A stretch of DNA of 64,000 nucleotides from contig NC_058369.1 of NCBI RefSeq assembly GCF_018350175.1, positions 3,970,001 through 4,034,000 of the forward strand. Direction: 5' to 3'. The first letter of the stretch is position 1; every line of letters begins with the position of its first letter. Below the pieces are notes generated by a model. It searched no databases. It worked only from the letters and a program-made list of their open reading frames with translations, and was not told where the DNA came from. This document shows positions 58,781 through 64,000 of this stretch, piece after piece. The translations under genes were made by a program, and so were the position numbers. This DNA is from Felis catus (lineage: Eukaryota).

Positions 58781-59684
58781 TAGCCCCTGGAATCCTTGTC
58801 CCCGACAAGGCGAGGTGTCACCACGTGGAGGATGGAGGGTGAGTAAGGATGCACTTGGTGTCAGAGGGCAGGGAACAGCATGCTGGGAATGAAAGAGAGT
58901 AAGAAGGTCTTCAGAGGAGGGAGGGAGGGAAGGAGAGGGAGGGAGGGACGGGGGGGAGGGGGGAGGGAAGGGGGGCTGCGTGTCTGGAAAGAGGGTCTGA
59001 CCCAAGGACAGGAGAGGGTGGGCAAGGCCACGGAGGACGATGGGAGCCACAGAAAGGCTGAGAGGGAGGGCAGGACCACATTGCCTTTTCCATTTCCACT
59101 CTCTAGATTCCTGCACTGCTTGGCTCTTGTGCGATGGGAACGAATTCACTGATTGCTCCTGAAATAAAAAGCAATTTGTGTTTCTGCAAGAGGCCTCTGG
59201 CTGCTGGCTGGAGAGGGACAGGGAGGCTGGGAAGCCACGGAGGGGACGGGCACTCAGGGAAGGGACTCAGAGGGGACAGTGGCCCGGAGTGAGGAAGAGG
59301 ACAGCAGGTGCTTGGGGCTGAGTGACGTTACCCCTGCCGAAGCCCTTCCCCCTGGGATTCCTCCCCGAAGTCCCTTGGTGCCCCCGCCTTTCACGTCATT
59401 CGAGCAACTGATTTCCCTGAGGGACAGGTCCTTGTCCCCGCTGGGATTTTAAAACCTCATCTGGTTTTCTGAGTCTTTGTATTTTGCAAACCCCATCTCT
59501 CCGTGGCAAGATATTTGCGCTTTCTGTGACTCTCACGAAGTTTGGAGAGAAAGACGACAGGAGAGCCGATATTTAGGGAACGTTTTGGTACATAAAGGAA
59601 CGGACGGACGAGGATGGGGGGGGGGGGAGACGGAGAAAGCGGTTCGCCAAAGACCGCGGTGGGTGACGACGGGGCGTCTCGGCT

Positions 59685-59990
59685 CCCTCGGGCCTGCCGT
59701 GGCAAAGTACCACAAACTGGGCGGCCGAGGACATCGGGGATTAATGTTTTCGAAGTTCTGGAGACCCGAAGTCCAAGATCAAAGGCTCGGCCGCGTGGCC
59801 CTCCTTCTGGAGGCTCCTCTGGGTTCTGGAACCTTCTTGGCTCACGTGCAGGTGGCCTGGAACGTGCCAGCAAATGAACACCCCTGGGCGCGGCCGGGGA
59901 CCCAGGACCGAACACCCCGTCTCTCCCCCTTCTCAGATGCCAGGGCTCTGGGGTGCGCATCCCGCGTCACCTCCTGGAGGACCCAGTTGG
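59685..59990. mobile_element. MaLR LTR (MLT1-like)
   Basis: gcctgccgtggcaaagtaccacaaactgggcgg...gttctggagacccgaagtccaagatcaa. Confidence 0.7.
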
Positions 59991-60889
59991 GCTGAACTCC
60001 CAGCTGCCCCCCGACAACGTGCTTGCCAAGGTGCTTCCTTTATCAGATGCCCTCCCTTTCCTGTCCCCCTCCCTCCCTCTCCATCTGTCCGTTTCTGTGC
60101 CAGCCAGGGGGCGGCTCTTTTGTCTCACCCCTCTTCCTCCTCCTTTGTCTCTGTGTCGGTACCTCCGCTGTCCGACTCTGCCCTCTGTCTCTGCCCTCTG
60201 TCTCTGTCTCTGTGTGGGTCTCCCTTTGTGCCGCTGCGTCCCTGGCTCCTTTCGACGCGCTGGGTGCCGGATATACAGCCTTGACGGAGACAAAACCCCC
60301 GACCTTACGGAGATTCTGTTCCAGCCGAGAAGAGGGAAGTCAGCCAGACAACGAATTAACTCCATGAATAAACCAGCCGTCAGGTGAAGCAATTTCAGGG
60401 TGTGAAACGCAGTGAAGGAAACAAAAGTGGGGGCAGCATGAGGTGGGGCAGTTCGAGGAAGGTCTCCCCAAGGCAGGCGCATTCGAATGGGGGCCCGAAG
60501 AGAGGAACGACCTTTGCTTCTAGAACATTCTTGGGGTGCCACCAAATCACACTCCCGCAAGTCGACCTGGGATGTGCTGGCTGGCGTCATTTCGTTTGGT
60601 GCATTTGTTCATCAGATATGTGCTGGGCACCCACCGTGTGCGAGACCCTGGGCTGGGCGCTGGGGACACGGAAGTGACTGTCACCAACCCAGTCCCCACC
60701 GCCCAGGGGCTCTGTCCAGTGGAGGAGGAAAGCGACCCACAAGGGAACGGGCATATCTCACGTGGCGATCGGTCCCGTGACGGGAGTCAGACAACAAAGA
60801 GACAAGCCCAAGTGTCTGAGGAGTCAAGGTCAACCCCGACGAGCTGGGCGGAACTCGTGGGCCCAAGTGTGGGGACCAGCGGGGTAGCT

Positions 60890-61440
60890 CTCCCAAGAGA
60901 CTTCGCTAATTTGAAAAGTAAATTAACTTTCCAGTGGGGGGATCCTGGCAGACACCGGGGTAACCACGGGATCAAGGTTAACATCACCGGGGATGAGACA
61001 CGTCGGCTTCGGGCGACTCCTGGCCCCCCGCCCTGAGGAGGACGCAGCGTCCCCTCCGTGGGACCCGGGCCACGCTGCCCAGCCCCGGCTCGTCCTGAGC
61101 CGATATCAGACAGACCCGAACGGAGGGGCGGTCCCCCAAACTCTTCCAAAGGTCAAGGTCGTGGAAGATGAGAGACCGCGGACATGTGACAACGAAATAC
61201 AGTGAGCAGCGCTGGCCGGGGTCCTGGGCCGGTCAAACCCCGGATGAGGTAAGTTTGTTAGCAACGTTGTACCCACGTTAATTTCCGGGTTTTTTGCCCA
61301 TCCTACCGGGTTGATGTAAAATGTCATCACTCGGGAGAGCTGGGTGGAGGGTGTCCAGGAACCTGTACTTTCTGCAGCGTGTGGTGATCCCGTTCTTCTG
61401 CGAGTCTATGATTATTTCAAAGCAAAACATTCAAAAAACC
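60890..61440 (+). mobile_element. L1MC-like 3' remnant
   Basis: gatcaaggttaacatcacc...gttaatttcc...gatgtaaaatgtc...gagagctgggtggagggtgtccaggaac...ttatttcaaagcaaaa. Confidence 0.7.
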
Positions 61441-61475
61441 CAAACAGCCTTAAGGAAAAGAAGAAGAAGGAAGGA

Positions 61476-61681
61476 GGGGCGCCTGGGGGGCTCAGTCGCT
61501 TAAGCACCTGACTTCGGCTCAGGTCATCTCGCGGTTTGTGAGTTCCAGCCCCGCGTCGGGCTCTGTGCTGACGGCTCAGAGCCTGGAGCCTGTTTCAGAT
61601 TCTGTGTCTCCCTCTCTCTGACCCTCCCCCGCTCATGCTCTGTCTCTCTCACTCTCAAAAATAAATAAACATTAAAAAAAA
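61476..61681 (+). mobile_element. SINEC_Fc
   Basis: Canonical body with CT tract and A tail. Confidence 0.94.
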
Positions 61682-62469
61682 TTTTTTAAGGAAGAAGGGA
61701 GGAGGAAGAGGCGGGCGGAGGAGAGGAGGAGAAAGTCTCAGAAGGAGATGGTGGCTGGCATAGAAGGTGGTCAGGGAAGTCCTCTCCGAGTGGGTTGTCA
61801 TGTAAACCAAGACCTGAAGGGTGAGGAGGAGTTGGCCAAAGGAGACGGGGTGGGGAAGACCAGAGTTCCCAGGAGCAGGAACAGCACACGGGCAAAGGTC
61901 CTGTGGCAGGAGGGGTCGGTGTGTCTGAAGAAACGTGAAGAACAGTGTGGCTGGTGTGGGTAACTGCCTTGATCCCAGAGGGTCTTGCGGATAGAAATGG
62001 GCATTTTGCCTTTTACTGTAAGCGCAACGCAAAGCCCATGTATCTGGGTTCCCCTGAGACAAGGATTCGGGTACAAGCAGTTGACGGGGTAAGTGATTCC
62101 AGGAAGCCCAGGAGGGCCGTGGGATAGTGAGAGAGGGAGGGGAAGGAGCCAGAAATGGGGGTGGGGGGAAGGCGGCACTCATGAGCAGGTGACCGTGGTA
62201 GGCAGAGGGGGTCAGTCCCATCCGGGACTTCTGGGAGACAGCGCAGAGGGGGGAGGGAGCTGGGGTATTTATGCTCCAGCCACCGGCCGGAGGCTACGAG
62301 AGGGAGTGACAGGATTCTGCAACACTTCTAGCCTGCACGGGCGTGAGCAAAGCAGGTTCAGGCGGAGGGTCAGAGCTGGGATGCCAGCCAGCAGCACGGG
62401 GAGCTGGTGGGGGGGACCAGGGGACCCCGGAAGGCCATCGACGGCATCGGCCACAGGGCCTTTACCCTT

Positions 62470-62672
62470 GCACTGACCGATACAGCAGCCGCTAGCTATG
62501 CGTGGCTATTTCAGTCCATTTCAATGAAGCAAAATTGAACTCAGTTGCTCGTTCACATGCGCCACGATCCAAGTGCTCCACAGGGAGCACACAGGGGCGG
62601 TGACGGTATGGGGCGGCACAGGTCTAGAACATTCCATCCTCAACGAAACATTCTACTGGGCAGTCCTGCGCT
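62470..62672. mobile_element. hAT-Charlie MITE (MER3/MER33-like)
   Basis: gcagccgctagctatgcgtggctatt...gccacgatccaagtgctc...tagaacattccatc...ttctactgggcag. Confidence 0.65.
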
Positions 62673-63669
62673 GGAGCATTTTAAGCGAGGGAGGGACACA
62701 ACCCGATAGAGGGTCGAGGAAAACCCTGCTGGCTGCTGAGGAAAAGCAGCCGGTTGGGGTTAAAAACGGAAACCGGGAGCCTAGGGAGGAAGCAATCGGG
62801 GTGGATGTAACAGAGGCTCGGACCAGTGCAGTAGCAGGCAGGGGTGGGGCAAAGCTTGTCGGAAGCAGCATCACGGCGTGGGGGGGGGGAGCCGCGTGAC
62901 CATCTGAAGGTAAGAGGAGGAAGGGGAGGGGAGTCTGGCCCCTGCTGTGAGCCCCAGGTGGGAACAGGATGGCCGTCCCCAGGACGGGGACCCGGGAGAG
63001 GAAGCCACTTCAGAGATGGACACGGAGTTCCGTCTGGGCCCTGCTGGGCCTGAAGGTCAGGGGAAAACCCAGGGGGCAGCCGGGCTCCGATGGCAGAGGC
63101 CGGGGTAGACACAGGAATCTGGGCCCGCGGGGCCCGCTGGCCACAGGCCCAGCTGGCAACCACTGGGCCGTGATGTAACTCGTCAGGCAGAAGCAAAGCC
63201 TCGTCCCCAGGCTCGAAGGCACAGCTTGCCTAAATGCTAACAAGTTTTGCCTCCAAATGGTGGCGGGGTGTGTGCGTGTGTATGTGTGTATTTAATTCTG
63301 GAATGAATTTAATTCTAATTCCGCCGACTTTGGGGATGGGAAACAGCTGTCTTAATGAGTTAAACAGTGGGTTTAAAATAGCGAGCATCTGTTCGCCGTC
63401 TGAGCCAGCACCCGCCGAGGCCACTCGGAGGCTCCGAGCTTCCAGTTCGGGGGCCCTGGCTGCGGCTCTGGGGACGGGAGGGAACACGGCCCAGGATGTG
63501 GATTCAAATCCAGCCCCACCACTGGGGAGATCGCCGCCCCCGACCCCGGGGGGTTTCTGCTGACGTACCTGTACCAAGGGGGCTGTGTGCCCACCACACT
63601 GAGCGGGACCCTGTGCTGGGACCACAGCCGTCAGACGGGTCCTGCGGGGCGGCAGACCATGAGCACAGA

Positions 63670-63865
63670 CCCCTGGCTGTGCGGCCCGAATCCCTCGTCT
63701 GGAAGTGGAGATAACCTCGTCAGTGTCCTCGTCTGGAAGTGGAGATAACGACAGTTCCTAACTAACGCAGGGAGTTGTGGGGGGAAAAAAAAGTTGAAAG
63801 GAGCTACCACAGGTTAAATGCGTGCCTGGAACAGTGCCTGACAGACAGTAAATAAATATATAACA
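63670..63865 (+). mobile_element. MIR remnant with internal 23-bp duplication
   Basis: cctcgtctggaagtggagataac at 63693 and 63727; aacagtgcctgacagacagtaa MIR end. Confidence 0.65.
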
Positions 63866-64000
63866 GAATTTCAAGGAGCAAAGAGGCCCAGGGAGAGGAA
63901 ATAACGCCACAGAGAGGCCTGGGTGGGGCTGACTTGGATGGGGAAGTCAGGGAGGTGAGCGGTCCAAGCAGCGGGCACAGCAGGTGCGAAGGCCCTGAGG

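Overview
Mammalian nuclear DNA, almost certainly felid/feliform (about 30 tRNA-derived Can-SINE/SINEC_Fc-type insertions), GC- and CpG-rich and mostly intergenic. The only protein-coding gene I can support is the intronless PA-TM-RING-H2 E3 ligase ZNRF4 (nixin/sperizin) on the minus strand at ~55.8-57.2 kb, with an AATAAA just downstream. By recalled human synteny (19p13.3, not checked here) this is the gene-poor interval near PTPRS/TINCR. The rest is SINEs, ancient L2/MIR/L1M/MaLR(MLT1) and DNA-transposon remnants, microsatellites, and several non-repetitive AT-rich, motif-dense blocks that look like conserved enhancers. Almost all other ORFs in the track are GC-rich or repeat-derived shadows. 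I see no clearly new biological system. The most notable observations are: (1) the strong-Kozak ATG before the ZNRF4 signal peptide is out of frame and the ORF has no internal Met; (2) a dispersed GC-shifted L2-derived repeat whose copies carry co-oriented CTCF-like motifs; (3) an apparent AT-to-GC substitution bias; (4) several homotypic transcription-factor-site clusters (TAATTGTC x5, triple octamer, E-box/CCAAT/GC-box/ETS). Repeat boundaries and subfamily names were assigned by eye and are approximate.
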